Assembly: GCA_051294375.1 (NCBI GenBank)
Contig: CM119269.1
Span: 15,938,455-16,002,454 of the forward strand
Reading direction: 5' to 3'
Source: Paraspadella gotoi
Lineage: Eukaryota > Animalia > Chaetognatha
Length of the DNA: 64,000 nucleotides
A program made the position numbers and the translations under genes. Numbering within the stretch: position 1 is the first letter of the stretch; each line of letters starts with the position of its first letter. Positions 1-13,127 of the stretch are shown piece after piece. The notes below the pieces were generated by a model that was not told the DNA's origin, made no database searches, and saw only the letters and a list, made by a program, of their open reading frames with translations.

Positions 1-5
1 CATGC

Positions 6-179
6 CTCGTTAATATCCACCAATAGATTGACGTAGGACCAACAGAGAGTCGATATTACAGCAAGAAAAACCCTACGAACCGGTCCATTCATCGGTTTCA
101 CATTGTTTTCCGCATTTTTGCAAGGGTCGACGGGTCGAAAAATAACTTTCCCATCAGAGTCATCGCAATTGGATTCCAT
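6..179 (-). CDS. First coding exon of an SLC35G/EamA-type transporter paralog (gene continues off the left edge)
   Basis: Translates MESNCDDSDGKVIFRPVDPCKNAENNVKPMNGPVRRVFLAVISTLCWSYVNLLVDINE. Same length (174 nt) and shared TLCWSYVNLLVD motif as exon 1 at 4014-4187. Ends at GAG|gcatg. Confidence 0.85.
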
Positions 180-892
180 GATAAATCTTTTGAATTTAAA
201 ATAATATTTACATTTTCAATCCAATTAGCCGTGATTAAAGAAAAGAAAGGAAATGAAATTGAAATCTTTTGAAAAAAAAATATTCATACCTGAATACATA
301 AATTGGTTTAAAAAAAAGTAAAAAGTAAAAAAGAAAAAAAAAATTAAGGATAACTTGTCAAATGAAACAGTCTCCCAAGACATAATCAATCAGGTTTCAT
401 TCGCGGTACAGGTTTTTTCTTTGGTTCTTATCGTAGAGACAGGGCAGGAAGGAACCTCAGATCACTAACACATTTTTCCATCAGCAATTCGACCTTGCAC
501 CGACTCGGACAGTAACAGGCCGCAGCAGGCGGATTTTCCGTTGGTGACCGACTGCCACGAGGAGGAAGAGGAAGATAAACTTAAAGTCGCCGCAAAACTT
601 TATTTTATTTGAGTACTAAAGGTTGCTTGGTTTTTATTAATAAAACCTATGCCTTAATATTCTTTCTTTCTCACTTGTCTATCTCCTTCTCAGTGTTTTG
701 CTATCTTATCCGGCTGTCCAAAAATATCCTATTATTATAATAAATTTCGACAGACAAGTAATACTGACTTCTCACTAAATTGCAACTGAAATCAAATTTA
801 TTTTTTTGTATTTGTGATTCGTTTATTTCATAATTTGTTTTAAACGAATGAAATTTTATTGGATAAACAAGAACGGTGATTCCAATATGTTG

Positions 893-972
893 ACAGACAG
901 ACCGAAAGACCGACCGACAGACCGACCGAAAAGTAACTTAGAGTTAATCCGCGAGTACTCGCGGCACAATTA
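893..972 (+). mobile_element. Helentron/HINE (DINE-1-like) non-autonomous element end
   Basis: (GACA/GACC)n tract followed by AAAAGTAACTTAGAG and the stem-loop CCGCGAGTACTCGCGG. The same end recurs at about 15089, 61010 and 61561 in the opposite orientation. Confidence 0.6.
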
Positions 973-1099
973 AAAATAGTGTTTAAATCTTGCTCTAATT
1001 ATTGTGCAAACAATTTCTGTTATAATTGGATATAAAAGGATCCTATTGAGAAAGTCGATTATATTATTTTTCAGAATAAAATATTGTTTCAAATTATTT

Positions 1100-4000
1100 T
1101 TAAGCTTTACAACATATGTTCCAGATACTTAAATGTACATTGGCTGATATGAACATCGCTGAGCAGATTAGTAATGCACCACCTGAAAAGAATCTTAATT
1201 TACTATATCAATAGAGTGGAGCACTCTAGAACAAAAAAATTATTTGAATGATCGAACAATGATATTTAGATGTGAGATAGTATGCATTAACTAGTACAAA
1301 AAATATTTTGTTCATATCATCCCGGGAACATAATAGTAAAATATATATATTTGTAGTGAATATCCTTATAAATAGTAAATTTAAAAAAAAATTTTAAAAC
1401 TTTAATAAAGATTCAGATTCTTCATAAAAAGTTGAATTAAAAATATAAACATGTTATCAAAAATCTGTCATCTTCAATGTTAAAAATAAGAAAAAGGGTA
1501 AAAATTCCAGACTTTTTTATTCTCTGTAGTAGAAACTTATATATGTTAAAAACGTTTTAGTCATTTTTTGTGATCTAAACATTAAAATATCATATAACAT
1601 ATTTTATAAAAGTTTTTTAGTTTTTTACAGCGAATCCAATCAGTTCTTAAAAATAAAAAAATATTATTTTGAAATTGACGATTTTATAAGGATATTACTA
1701 TATAATAATTGAATTTGCTATACTGTTATGCTAAAAATTTTTTTTAAAAGGATTTAAAATTCATTAATTATATGTCCATAGGCAGCAAAAAAATAATGTT
1801 CAATCACTCAATTCTTTTCATCACTCCACCCTACTATACAATGTTATTGATATTATATAAGATAATATGAAAGTCATATACCTGCTGATAAAAAATTAGG
1901 AATTTCATTCAAAAAAATAAGCCCCAAAAAATAGCAGAAAGGAATTTCTGAAGATTCTGAAATTGCAGTTGTGGTAGTGGAGTCTTCCTGATTTATTCAA
2001 TTCTTTTTATGTCTAGAAGATTTGTCATTACAGGGAAAAAACTTTGATACAAATCATTTGAATCTCACTTGTATAGAAAAAATAGAAGACATCTTTGCCA
2101 ATAAATCTAAGATACCACCAATAACACCACCAAATATATCCAAATTAGAAGGTTTTGATAAAACTGTAAATCCGTTGCAAATGTATGTTGATATGGGGAT
2201 AGTAATTACTCCTGTAAATTTGAAATAAAACTGTTGACAATAAAAAATTAAGTATTAAAAAGAGACGAGGTTACCGGCAGGAGTTGCAGCCAGCTGCCAA
2301 ATAGTCCAATCAACATTTGGAAAAAATCCAACCAGTATTTGGAAAACAGCAAAACAAATTGAACCGAGGATTGAGTATAAATATGCCATTTTGTAATCAG
2401 GATATCTTTCTATAAAGTTAACTTCCGATGTTTCAAAAATAAAAGATGGTCGGGTGAGTAGAAGCAAACCAACCAATGCTGTAATTATTGATAACACCTG
2501 AAATAATGAGTAAAGGTTTGACAAAAAATAGACAAAACACTATGTTGGACATGAGTTACAGAGTAACTATGTTAACTGAGGACAACTATACCTAGTTACC
2601 TGTGGTTTAGTGGGGAGTTGTCTTGTTAAGATACTTTCCATCAATGGTGTCCAAACAACATTAAGGTGAAAGAGCGAAGCCACATCACCTTTAAATTTTT
2701 TTTTCGGATTTAATATAGACGCATGCGTAATTCAACAGATGTACATTCTTAATTTTTAAGTAACTCAAAATGTTAAATAAGCTTTAAAGTTTCAGGGACA
2801 GGGGTTGTATGAAATAGGTACAACCAATATAAAAGTTATCTATATTTGATAAAATACGTACCTCTTAACTCAAATACTGGTTTCGTATTAAAATATTTGA
2901 ATTCATTTCAACATTTTACCCACCGAGCGGGCAATTTTTCATGGCGATGAAAATGACGATGTATCCGACGTACATCACGGCCGAGGCTCCAACGGCGGCT
3001 AGCGACACTCTGGCGTTCAATTGGGAGAGACTCTGCCCGCCGACTCGCTCGTTCAGGAAAAAGAGAGGGATGTTGAATACTGTTGATGTTAGGAAGATGA
3101 ATATGTTCATCCACGCGCCGTCAAAAGCCTGGACAATAAAAAATATTAAATTCTTTTTAAAATGGGTAAAGATGGAGTGTATTTACATTGCATTGGAACT
3201 GAGCAGTAGAGTGATGTGAAAATGATAAAATTTTAGAAAATTAAAATTTAGCATTTAAAACATGAAAATAAAAACCAATATAAATACTTTAGTAAATTTA
3301 CTTTTTAAATTTATACATTAGTGGGCACCAGTAAGCTATATTTATATATAATAATAAGTATATAATAGGCTAAAATTTCAAAATACAAATTTTTAAATTT
3401 TAAGATCGGATTTAGATTCCTTGCAAAAAGTTGATATAAGAAAGTATAATTCTTTTTAATTAGAAGAGTTTGAAATTAGTTTGCCATTACACAACAAAAC
3501 GAAAGGATTATACCACAATTCTTTTTAAAAAATTCTTTCATTAGGTTGGTTAAAAATGTAAAAAACTATATTTAAGACACCGATTTTTAATTTCCAGCTT
3601 AAAAATTAAGTTTTTTATAATTTTAACCTACTTAATAACATAATTTTTGAAAAAGGTTTACATTTTCTTTTATCAACTTTTTACGAGGAATCTGAATCTG
3701 TTCTCAGAATTAAAAAAAAGCATTTTCAAATTTTGACATTATATAAGGGTAGTACTATATACAAAATAAGCTAACTGGGCTACTGTTTTTGTAAAAAAAA
3801 AATAACTACACATTAGTAATCACTAATATGATAGTTTTCAAGATATAACTGCTAAATTTTGATTCCAAACTTTCACTTCAACCTACTGAGCGGTTTGAAG
3901 AAGAGAGCCTCTTAATAAGCAAAGAAGACTCAATGCTTATTGTTCAGGCAGATCTGTACAGTTGTACTATTTACATTGTACAATCTCCTTAATCATTATT

Positions 4001-4187
4001 AAAAAAACCTTGCCTGGTTGACATCAACCAATAAATTGACGTAAGACCAGCAAAGTGTAGCCAGCACAGCGAGAAGAATTCCATAAACCGGTCGATTTTT
4101 CGGTTTTTCCAGTATTTTTGAATCGTACAAAGGTTTGAAAACGTCTTCCCCGTCAAAGCCATTGCATAAATTGTCACTATTTCTCAT
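1100..4187 (-). CDS. SLC35G-like drug/metabolite (EamA) transporter, 7 exons, 340 aa
   Basis: Exons 4187-4014, 3128-2924, 2688-2600, 2497-2275, 2211-2069, 1987-1882 and 1182-1100 splice in frame (1023 nt, TAA). Multiple hydrophobic helices and EamA-type segments (AMKNCPLGDVASLF; EIPFCYFLGLIFLNEIPNFLSAGGALLI). Intron 1 is GC-AG, the others GT-AG. Confidence 0.85.
3319..3785. mobile_element. Decayed MITE-like inverted-repeat element in SLC35G intron 1
   Basis: Termini TAGTGGGCACCAGTAAGCTATATTT and AAAATAAGCTAACTGGGCTACTG are inverted. Internal pair GATTTAGATTCCTTGCAAAAAGTTGATA (about 3409) and TATCAACTTTTTACGAGGAATCTGAATC (about 3671) is also inverted. A related fragment lies at about 1408-1437. 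Confidence 0.55.
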
Positions 4188-4498
4188 TATCTACCAGAAA
4201 AAAATAAATTATCCCACGGTTTGAAAATTAATTTAAGTCATTTTCATTTTTTTCTAGAGTGTTTTTTTTTCTTTGCAAAGTTTAAATGGTTTATAATTTT
4301 TGTAAATTTTTGATCTTGATTAATTTTATATTTGAACTTTCTAACTTAAAAGCCTATAAATACTAAATCGGTTACTTTTCTCATGTAAAATTTTATACTA
4401 TTTTACTTATTGTCCGTATGTTTTTCCGCGATAAAAAATTTAGATGAAAAACATTAAAGAGACGATTGGTTTATTGGCAACAACAATTCTTTTAAAGA

Positions 4499-4541
4499 GA
4501 CGAACATGTTTCGGCTCATAATTCGAACCTTCATCAGCGTC
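4499..4541 (-). ncRNA. Minimal type I hammerhead ribozyme (Penelope-like-element type)
   Basis: Minus strand reads GACG-CUGAUGA-A-GGUUC(GAAUUAU)GAGCC-GAAA-CAUG-UU-CGUC. It has the core boxes CUGAUGA and GAAA, a 5-bp stem II, a palindromic minimal stem III (ACAUGU), a GUU cleavage triplet and a 4-bp stem I (GACG/CGUC). Confidence 0.7.
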
Positions 4542-4578
4542 AACTGATGTGAACTATTCACAAATTTTCTACAAAAGA

Positions 4579-4635
<57 letters not shown>

Positions 4636-6108
4636 GGCAAAGTTTCCAACACAGAGTTTAGAAAGGACAGTTGTCAATGGTGAGAATAGGCTAAGGGTAA
4701 GGACAGATAGATTTTAGTTTTGAAAAGAAATGAAATGGTCAATTTGAGAGAGAGAGAGAGGGAGACAGGGAGAGAGAAAATAATACATTTTTTAATGTAC
4801 AACAAATGAAAAGGTTTTTTGTATACTGAAATTTAGTCATTAACCGTTAGCTAATAATAAATAAATAATTGGAGAAAAGAAAATAAAGAAATTAGAAAGT
4901 TCAAAATACATTTGGTGAGGGATAGCAAAGTAATTAGTAAAAATCTTTCTTTTCGTTGTGTGGGTGTGCATTTAAGCCTTCCCCTAAGAATATTTTCAAA
5001 TCATGCAATCTCTCTCTCTCTCTCTCTCTCTTCTTCATATTCAGATTTAGATACAACAATTGACGACAATTGACCAGGTCAATTTACGTAGTTACCATAA
5101 AAGAGCAGTCCACGGCGCTTGTTTATATATATTTATTAATAAAAACATTTCTGTCGAAGTTTCAGGTTCAGTAGTTTCGACGTGTAAGAATTTTGATTGA
5201 TCTCAAAAGTAAACAAGCTTGAGTAAACATTGTTTATTTCCCTTCTGCTTGGAATCATTTACAGCGGTAAATAAAACTTTCACTTACTTAAAAATTTCGA
5301 GATAGACGGGACAATTTTGACTCTCCAAGAAAATTCAAACATACATACAACATGAATTATCACATTCAATTCTGACTAACGACGAAACTCCTAATACTTA
5401 ACATTTCCTACTTAGCAATTAACAATTTTCTGATGATGATTGTTCCCAACTACAGAACTATAAACGCTGTTGTTGGACTAGTTTACTGTTATTCTTATTT
5501 TGATGTTTAAACCTTTCCACTCTTTTGTCACTATTTCCAAAGTTATAGAAAAGATATTCAATACAATTATTGTAGATGACGCCTCGTCACCAACAAATAA
5601 TAAATGTGCCAAACTGGTATCATAAAACTCTAATTCTATTTTTAATTCTCAAGTTCTATAATTACCGATTTAATAAGACTATCTCAAAGTGATTTCAACG
5701 TCCTATTTGGGGAAGCCTTTTTACGTTCTAGTACGAAGAAAAAAGAAAAAAAGTAAAAACTCAGAAAAAAATCGAACCAGCGATTCAGTGTTTATTTTCA
5801 TTGAATTCGTTCAAAACCGTTCAATAAATAATTAAAATGTACATACAAATCGAAGTAGAAAAATGTTATATGTTATCTTTGTGCGTAGCTAGCTACTCTA
5901 AAACATGTCACTCTAGCTCTATCATCAACAAAACGTATCGACTATCGGCAACGAAAGAAATGCTTCAATTTGAGTTGTCATTATGAGCGTTTGACTTCTC
6001 AGGGGTTATTTCAATTGTTAAGATTGTCACCGATGATGTCGTCGTCGTCGTTGTCGTCGTCGCCTTCGTGGTCGTTGTTCATTTGGGTTGGTTATCGTCG
6101 TTTTCAAC

Positions 6109-9100
6109 TCATGCAACCGGTGTCGTCGTTTCCTGACCACGCCCATCTTCGTCGCGCGCTCTTCGTTTCTGACTTCGGCGCCTTTCGCTTCTCCTACGCC
6201 CGTCTCCGCTTCTCGCCAAAGACTCTTCGCTTCTCATCACGACTTGACCGCTTCTCCCCACCGACTCTCTCCTCAGTTCCCTCGTTCCGCTTCTACCATT
6301 CGACTGATCCGCTTCTCCGCTTCTCGATGCCGCCGCCAACGCCGCCGCCGTCGCCGTCGTCCGGCCAAAAGCGAGGATCCTCTCGGCGGCGGCGCGCTCG
6401 GCGGCGTCGGCGCGCCGATAATCGGCGACGAAGAAGAGAACGAAGATGCCGCCGGCGACGACGAGGACGCCGCACATCATGAGCGTCGCCCACGTGAAAT
6501 CGATCGGCGTCGTGTCGCCGCAGGTGGCGACCGCGGCGTCGTCGGCCGACGGCGTCCGTCCCAACGCCGGGGCGGCGCCGATCGACAATCCAGCCACGAT
6601 TTGGCCGAAGAGGAAGACGACGCCGGCCGCGGTGGCTTCCGGCGCCGGGAAGCAACACTCGACGGCCAGTTCCAGGGAGAGAGGGTAGGAGGAGAGGCAC
6701 CCGCTGCCGAAGACGATGAGGGAGGCGGCGATGGCGGCGTGGCGGGAGAAGGAGGGAGGGGAGGAAGAGGAAGTGAGGGAGGTGGCGACGTAGAAACCGA
6801 GGAGACCGAGGGTGGCCAAACTGAAGAGAATCTGGGGAAGGTTTAAAAGGATTTAGATTTAGATTTTTAATTGTTCGGATTTTTTAAAATTAAACAATTA
6901 CAGCCAGTATTTGACTTTTTGTGGCAGCAGCAACGAGCGACCTGCCCTGATCATCTCTCTCTCTCTCAATCACTGGCCGATCACCGGTCACGACCACTCT
7001 CTCCCGGCTGTCAGCCGGTTTCTCTGTACAGTTTATTGTTATGGTTTTAGACTTAGCATTATTTGTAATTGTTATTCGTTTTATTCGTTGGAGAATAAAT
7101 CATTCTCCATCTGAACCCCGCTCCGTATTTTTTCCACACGTCTTAAACTTTCCTCTTTTCTTTTTTTTTTTCTCCCATCTTCTCCTCTCGTCTTTTCTAA
7201 TCTCTTATCATGTTGTCTCCTCTTCAACTCTCTACTACTCTTTTCTCTTCTCTAATTTACTTTCCTCCCTCACCCATCCCTACCTCGCCTCACCTTGACC
7301 GCCTCCTCCATTCTCCCCTTTTTGTCGACAAAGACGCCGACGCAGAGGCTGAGAATGACGCCGACTCCGATGGAGACGGCGCCGAAATCTCCGCCGAACG
7401 TCGCCGAGTATCCCTTGACGCAGATGATCTGCTGAATCAGGGTGACGACGGCGCTGGAGATACCGATGCTGGTTCCGCCCAGCAGCATCAGCAGCCAGAA
7501 ACACCTGGGAAAGGAGGCGAGGCTTAATATTGTATTTTACACTAAAGTGATAAAACTAATAGATCCAAATTGGTACATCGTTGGCCTGTTTGTTCCTCAT
7601 TCCGTCTGTACGCCCGTCTGCCAATCTGTCTGTTTTTCGGTCAGACTTATCACTACTCATTTCTATTTCATTTCATACATATCCCGTCTTCGATTTCCTC
7701 AACTCTGTCCGTCCGCCTTTTCATACTGTCAGTTTAGTTTTTTCCTGGATGTCAGTTGGTCAGAAAGTCCCGTTGGTCTGCCTCTCTGTCTCTCCGTCCA
7801 TTTTTTTGCCAAACCTCGATCCGAAGAGTCGCTTCAATCCCTCCATAATCGGCGGAGGCGGCTCGGAGGCGGAAGCGGAGGGCGGAGAAGGAGGACGAGA
7901 GGAGAGAACGGAGAAGGAGGCGACGAGGGCGAGGAGAGCCGAAGGGAGGAAGGAGTAAAGGAGGAGGGAGGATACGGACGAGGGAGATTTGACTGGGTGG
8001 AAATTGGAAAAGTTGGGGGAGGGGGGCGGTGAATGTAATATTAGTACTCGTGGCTTTTTTAATTTTTTTTTTAATTTATGTTGGAATCGTTGCTTTACGT
8101 CGCTTTCAATAATTTTAGAGTTAAATATATTAATTAGGAAGTGATGATCGTCGATGGCGAAAAAATGTATCTTTCGGTGGATTGATCGTTTATCGATTCA
8201 CGCATTTATTATTTAACCTAAAAGCAATATTCTAAATTTAAACGTTTTAAAGGATAAATTTAAATTTAAATCAAATTAAATTAGCGATCGAACGAATTAG
8301 CAAAAAAAAAATATCTTAAACGCAATCTTTTTAACTTATATTATATTATATATTATATTATATTACCTGAGTTGGGGACGACGACATTGGCGACCATGAG
8401 CCCGAGCGCGTTGGAGAGAGAGACGAGCGCGTTAGCGACGGCGCGTTGGCCATCGGGGAACCAAATGGCGGCGATTTTGGTGCCGCAACCAACGGTCATC
8501 GGTTGGGCCGTCGAGGCTGACATAAATGAGGTGGGGAGAAGGGAAAAATGTCTTTTGTTTATCTTAACTTTCTCTTCAATTAACAGATGTCGCTTCCTTC
8601 CGAGCACAAAAGACTTGGAAAGAAAGTTATTGTATTATTCCTTTTTGTTTGAATTATTTGGAGAGAAAACGAAAAATTCGTTATTTAACAACAATGATTT
8701 GTGTTTGATTAAAAATGTCGAATTTGGGTTCAAGTGCAGTATAATTTTTTTGGGCTAAATTTTACTTTCGCCGACCGCGGTTATGGCAGCTTTTGAAAAA
8801 AACCGTTTAAAAAATATAATATAAAATTAGTAAACAAATAATACGAAATATGCGAAAATATCTTTTTTTTCAACTAAAGAAAAATTTAGAAAAGAAAAAA
8901 AAAATTATATTACTGCGCAAACTGAGAGAACGCTAGAGGGAAAACAAAATTCAATGGATTAACAAAGTAGATGAGGCTGGTTGCGGACGTCGAACAGTAA
9001 AGTTCCCCGGTTAGTTAATACATCAATCACTTTCCTTTTACTTATAATTTTAGAATCAAAAGCTAAGCCTAAATCAAGAAAAACCTTTGAATTGTTTTTA

Positions 9101-9992
9101 AAAATTCTGTCTCTCTGTTCCAGTCACAGTATATTTACGCAATTCGGAATAAAATAAAAGGCCCAGGCTTTTTCCCTCCCTCCAGTCACCTAACGTTTGT
9201 CCGATCATAGCGACGACGTACGGACCGTTGAAAGACTCCACAGTCCGCACAAACTCGGTCGTAGCCAAAAACCTGACGGTGGCGCCGAGGCCGTTGAGCC
9301 AACAGGCGAGAATCAGGCAGGGGCGCAGGCCCCAGACGTCGAGAAGAATAAGCGTGAAGGAGCAGGGAAAGGCTGAGGAAAGTTGGGGGTGAGATGAGTT
9401 GAGAAGACAATTGATTGATTGATTGATTGATTGATTGATATAGTGGGAAAATAATGGTGCCGCTATAAATAATACATTCCTTTTAATCGTTTTCTCAAAG
9501 CAATTCAATTAAATAACTCGTGATTCGTGATTGGTTGATTGGCAAAATTGCGGTGAGGTCTTATTTGATTACGTCATTGATTCATAAACTTTTTTGTTAT
9601 TATTTAATTTTACGGTTGATGGCTTTCTAATGTGATTGATTTATTGATTGATTCCATGGAATTGACTCAATCATCCTACCAGCCACTGCGAAAACCATAG
9701 AGAACCAGTTAACTTTCTCTTGGGTGACGTCAAAGTAGTCGGCGGCGAGCGTGGCCACGGGGGCGAACGTCAACCAGTTAAAGGCGTTAGCGAGATTGAG
9801 CGCCGCCGCCACGCCTACCAGCAGCCACCGGCGCCGGTACGAGCGAAACGTCCCGGAAGACGCCGACGACAGCGGCGACGATCCGAACGGCGACGGCGCG
9901 GCGACGAGGCGGCGGCTGCGGCGGGGCACTTGGACGTGCGGCTCTAGTTTTGAGGCGTCGACGAGTATGGGAGCTTGATCGTCGGTCGACAT
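6109..9992 (-). CDS. SLC49A3: MFS transporter, SLC49 (FLVCR) family, most like SLC49A3/MFSD7; 6 exons, 585 aa
   Basis: Exons 9992-9680, 9372-9190, 8516-8367, 7992-7815, 7504-7294 and 6831-6109, all GT-AG and in frame. Family motifs YRRRW, NAFNWLTFAPV, KIAAIWFPDGQRAVAN, PPSPPSASA, QQIICVKGYS, ELAVECCFPAPEA and DYRR. Confidence 0.88.
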
Positions 9993-10918
9993 GGCGGAAG
10001 CGAAAAAAGGCCTTAATAGAAGCAGAAAGACCCGGGTTCGATTCCGACGTTTTTTTTCCCTTATTTTACTTAGTGGTCAGTGGGAAGAAAGTTTGTCAAC
10101 TTTATTTCATGAAAAACGTTCCTGGTTTATTTAAACTAGAGTTTTACTTGTAATCACAACAGTTGAGTATTGATTGTGAACAAGTTTGTTCGTCGACCCC
10201 TATAATCCTGTGAACAAAGAAAAAAAATCGCGATAAATGCGGAGTGGAACTGAGGAGATACTGAGAGAGAGAGAGATAAAGAGAGAGAGAGATAAAGAGA
10301 GAGAGAGATAAACAGAGAGAGAGTGAGAGAGAGTTAGAATTCCCTTAGCCTTGGGATCGATGTATACATAATATGATTTTCCTACGAAGTGAGAGCAAAG
10401 TTTTTTTATACATACGGTTCTAGTTAATATTTTTGTTTTTCTATTGTGTTTGTTTATCTTATTTCTTGCCTCCATGAAGGAGAGAAGAGAAACGTGGTCT
10501 CTCACGATACACCCCCTTAAAACTATTTTTTAAAAAGTACGTAATAAAAAATAGTACTAATGTTAGTGTAATATTGTCATAGTAAGCATTGTCTGAGAGA
10601 GACAACGATGGCGAGAGACAATCATTGATAACCATAAATCACGATAATGGAGAAATAGAAGAACAATGTCGTCGAAAGAAATGAATCATAAAATGCGATT
10701 AAGAAGTTGAATATTTTTTTTTCTTTTATATTTGTTCAGCGAATCAGTCAGCATCGCCGTTGCCGGAGCAATTCAATTCCCAGTCAGTCGTGATAAAAGG
10801 TTTTTTAAAAAATTTTTGATGATCGTTGTCAAAGGAAAATATGGCCATCCAGCTTACTGGAGCAAGCCCATTCATTCGACGCTGGAGAGGATGAAAAAGA
10901 TCGTATACACAAAAAAGT

Positions 10919-11006
10919 AACGTGACTAATCCTGTTTCTGAAAAAAGCTTCGTCCTATTGGTCGATCGAAAGCTCCTGCACCAAAATGCGGGCCTCTGAT
11001 TGGTCC
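10919..11006. promoter_or_regulatory. Candidate promoter module with two reverse CCAAT boxes between the divergent SLC49A3 and unknown genes
   Basis: CTATTGGTCG at about 10955 and TGATTGGTCC at about 10998, in a locally GC-richer island about 1 kb upstream of the SLC49A3 ATG. Confidence 0.35.
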
Positions 11007-11569
11007 GTCCAAGTCTTTCAGTCAACAAACGAAACGGGGAAAACAAAAAAAAAAAAAAAAATAGAAAACAACTACAACCGGTTTCGAGCGATCGACTGCA
11101 CTGCAGAGTGTTCGATTAGTGCACTCAACTTTGGGTAAACTGTTTGTTCTTAAGCTTTAGACAAACGGTACAATTTGAGTACAATGTACTGATTAGCCAT
11201 GTTTGCTTTCAGTTTATTGAAAATTGAATTAGTCGAAAAAACAATTACGACTTTCCCGTAGAAGAAAGTAGTGAAACAATAAACACCTAAATTATTTGTT
11301 TTAAAGTTTCTTATGGAGGTTTATCATTGAGGTTGATCGTAAATTTTTTTATGGTTGATATCATACGACCCACTTAAATACCTCTTAAATTATATATATT
11401 TTGAGGACAGCTTCGATGTAAAAATTATTTATAATTATAGATTAAAATTAATGTTTGAAAATGGAGCAAAATATAAATAGGGAAAAAAATAAAAACATTA
11501 TGCAAACATCGTTTTGCCCTGGTTTAACAATGACCTATATTTATTAGTGAAAAGATGGTTACTACTTTT

Positions 11570-11935
11570 GCGTTTTATTTAGAATTCAACAAGGTTACAT
11601 ACATGAGCTTCAAACTAAGCTAAAACTAAAGACAAAACAAAGTTAAAGATTGAATGAAAACTACCACTATAGACAGAACAATGTTAAAGCAAAATATTTC
11701 AATCATTAAAGAATGCGACTATTCTTTTGAGAACTAAATTTTTCGAACAGTAGATTTTAGAAATAAAATTCTTTCTACGCTGGTTAAACTTGGTAATAAT
11801 GTCACAGTAACCAAATAAACTCCGTAGCTCTCTAATGCTTTCCCATCGGTTGAATCCAAATATTTTTCTGATACCATCATTAATAGCAACATTAATTTTG
11901 TTCATGTCGCGAGCCAAAAAAGATTTTACTTCACA
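11570..11935 (-). mobile_element. 5'-truncated non-LTR retrotransposon (ORF2 C-terminus plus 3' UTR)
   Basis: ORF 11699-11917 (KINVAINDGIRKIFGFNRWESIRELRSLFGY) resembles the post-RT C-terminal region of LINE ORF2 proteins. AATAAA follows at about 11575. No upstream RT remains. Confidence 0.6.
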
Positions 11936-12504
11936 GCAACAATTTCATACAACAATTTCATAAGTACTTCTTCGGACGTTTATACAAAGTATTATTAAAT
12001 TAATTGATCATATCATTATTTCCTCTCATTGGACCACATTTTGGTTCAGATGAATTTTCTCTTTCCGAAAGGATTTCGACCTCAGGCAGATTTAACCTCT
12101 GACCTTTCGTCCGATTACATGCGTCGATGGCCGAACATGGAAACGTGTTCCTGCTTAGAAATGAGAAAACCTTTTGAGGCTTTTAGAAATAAATAAAATT
12201 CGAGCCGAGCAATAAATTAGTGCCATTTAACACTTGACGAAATTTTTATATTTCAGTTCATCTGAATCCGTTTATTTTTTATGTTGAACTTTTTTTTTAA
12301 ACTTCTGATATGGTGTTTGTTGTTAAAAAGGGGCATACTACCATTCAGAAGAGTGACTGTTTCGAACTTTAAGGAATTTGTACAAAATTCAAATTATATA
12401 TATATTCTCGTTGTTCGGATTAACTTTTCCTGCGGCACCAAGATTGTTACAACCAAATCCCACCTTCCAATGTGGCGACACGACATCATATCGAAAGTCT
12501 CTCA

Positions 12505-12562
<58 letters not shown>

Positions 12563-12927
12563 GGAAATCGAATGACGTTTTGGTTTCGGACGTCGGCCGA
12601 GAAGAATATTTGTCCTGTTTCGTAATCCCCGTACTCCAAGATCAGACTTTTTTCCTTCGTGTCCTACGGTGTTAAGATCCTTTTTTTTAAGAACAAGATT
12701 GCAATGTAGTCGATTTGGCAAGAAAAGTACTGATAAGGATATTATTCATCCGCGACGTTAATGAATTTTGCTTAAATTTCGTCATTAGGTAAGTCATTGA
12801 AGCGAACAAAACTGACTCACTTTTACAAAAGAGTCCCGTATCTGCTCCTTCATCCTTGAACTTAATTTTAATACAAATAATATTTAAACACAATCAATTA
12901 ACAAACCCGATACTATATTCCTTAACG

Positions 12928-13003
12928 CTAATCCTAAACCCTCATCGTTAATCTCTAATCCTAACCATTAATCTCTAATCCTAACCATTAACACCTAATC
13001 CTA
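12928..13003. repeat. Degenerate telomere-like (CTAATCCTAAC) repeats
   Basis: CTAATCCTAA(A)C repeated about 4 times with roughly 21-27 bp spacing. Confidence 0.6.
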
Positions 13004-13107
13004 ACTTTTAATTTAATCTTTATAATTTAAAACCGACTTAATGCTTAATTTAAAATGAAATGGGGCTTTTTTAACATATCAATGATATTTGCATTAAATT
13101 AGTCGTC

Positions 13108-13121
13108 GTTGCTAAGGAAAT
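13108..13121 (+). promoter_or_regulatory. RFX X-box-like motif
   Basis: GTTGCTAAGGAAAT, close to the GTTGCYNNGGMAAC consensus, ending 7 bp before the candidate ATG at 13128. Confidence 0.45.
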
Positions 13122-13127
13122 ATTACG

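Noticed and set aside
5030-5700. Possible Penelope ORF remnant upstream of the hammerhead
   Set aside because: Frames examined contain stops and no RT or GIY-YIG motif is recognisable.
5970-8758. Long plus-strand ORFs (5970-6482, 6088-6846, 7210-7527, 7442-8032, 8372-8758)
   Set aside because: Antisense shadows of the GC-rich SLC49A3 exons.
9985-10057. tRNA gene suggested by GGTTCGATTCC
   Set aside because: No acceptor, D or anticodon stems can be formed.
12928-13003. Interstitial telomere or chromosome-fusion scar
   Set aside because: Too short and degenerate; such CTAACC-like tracts are common in small repeats.
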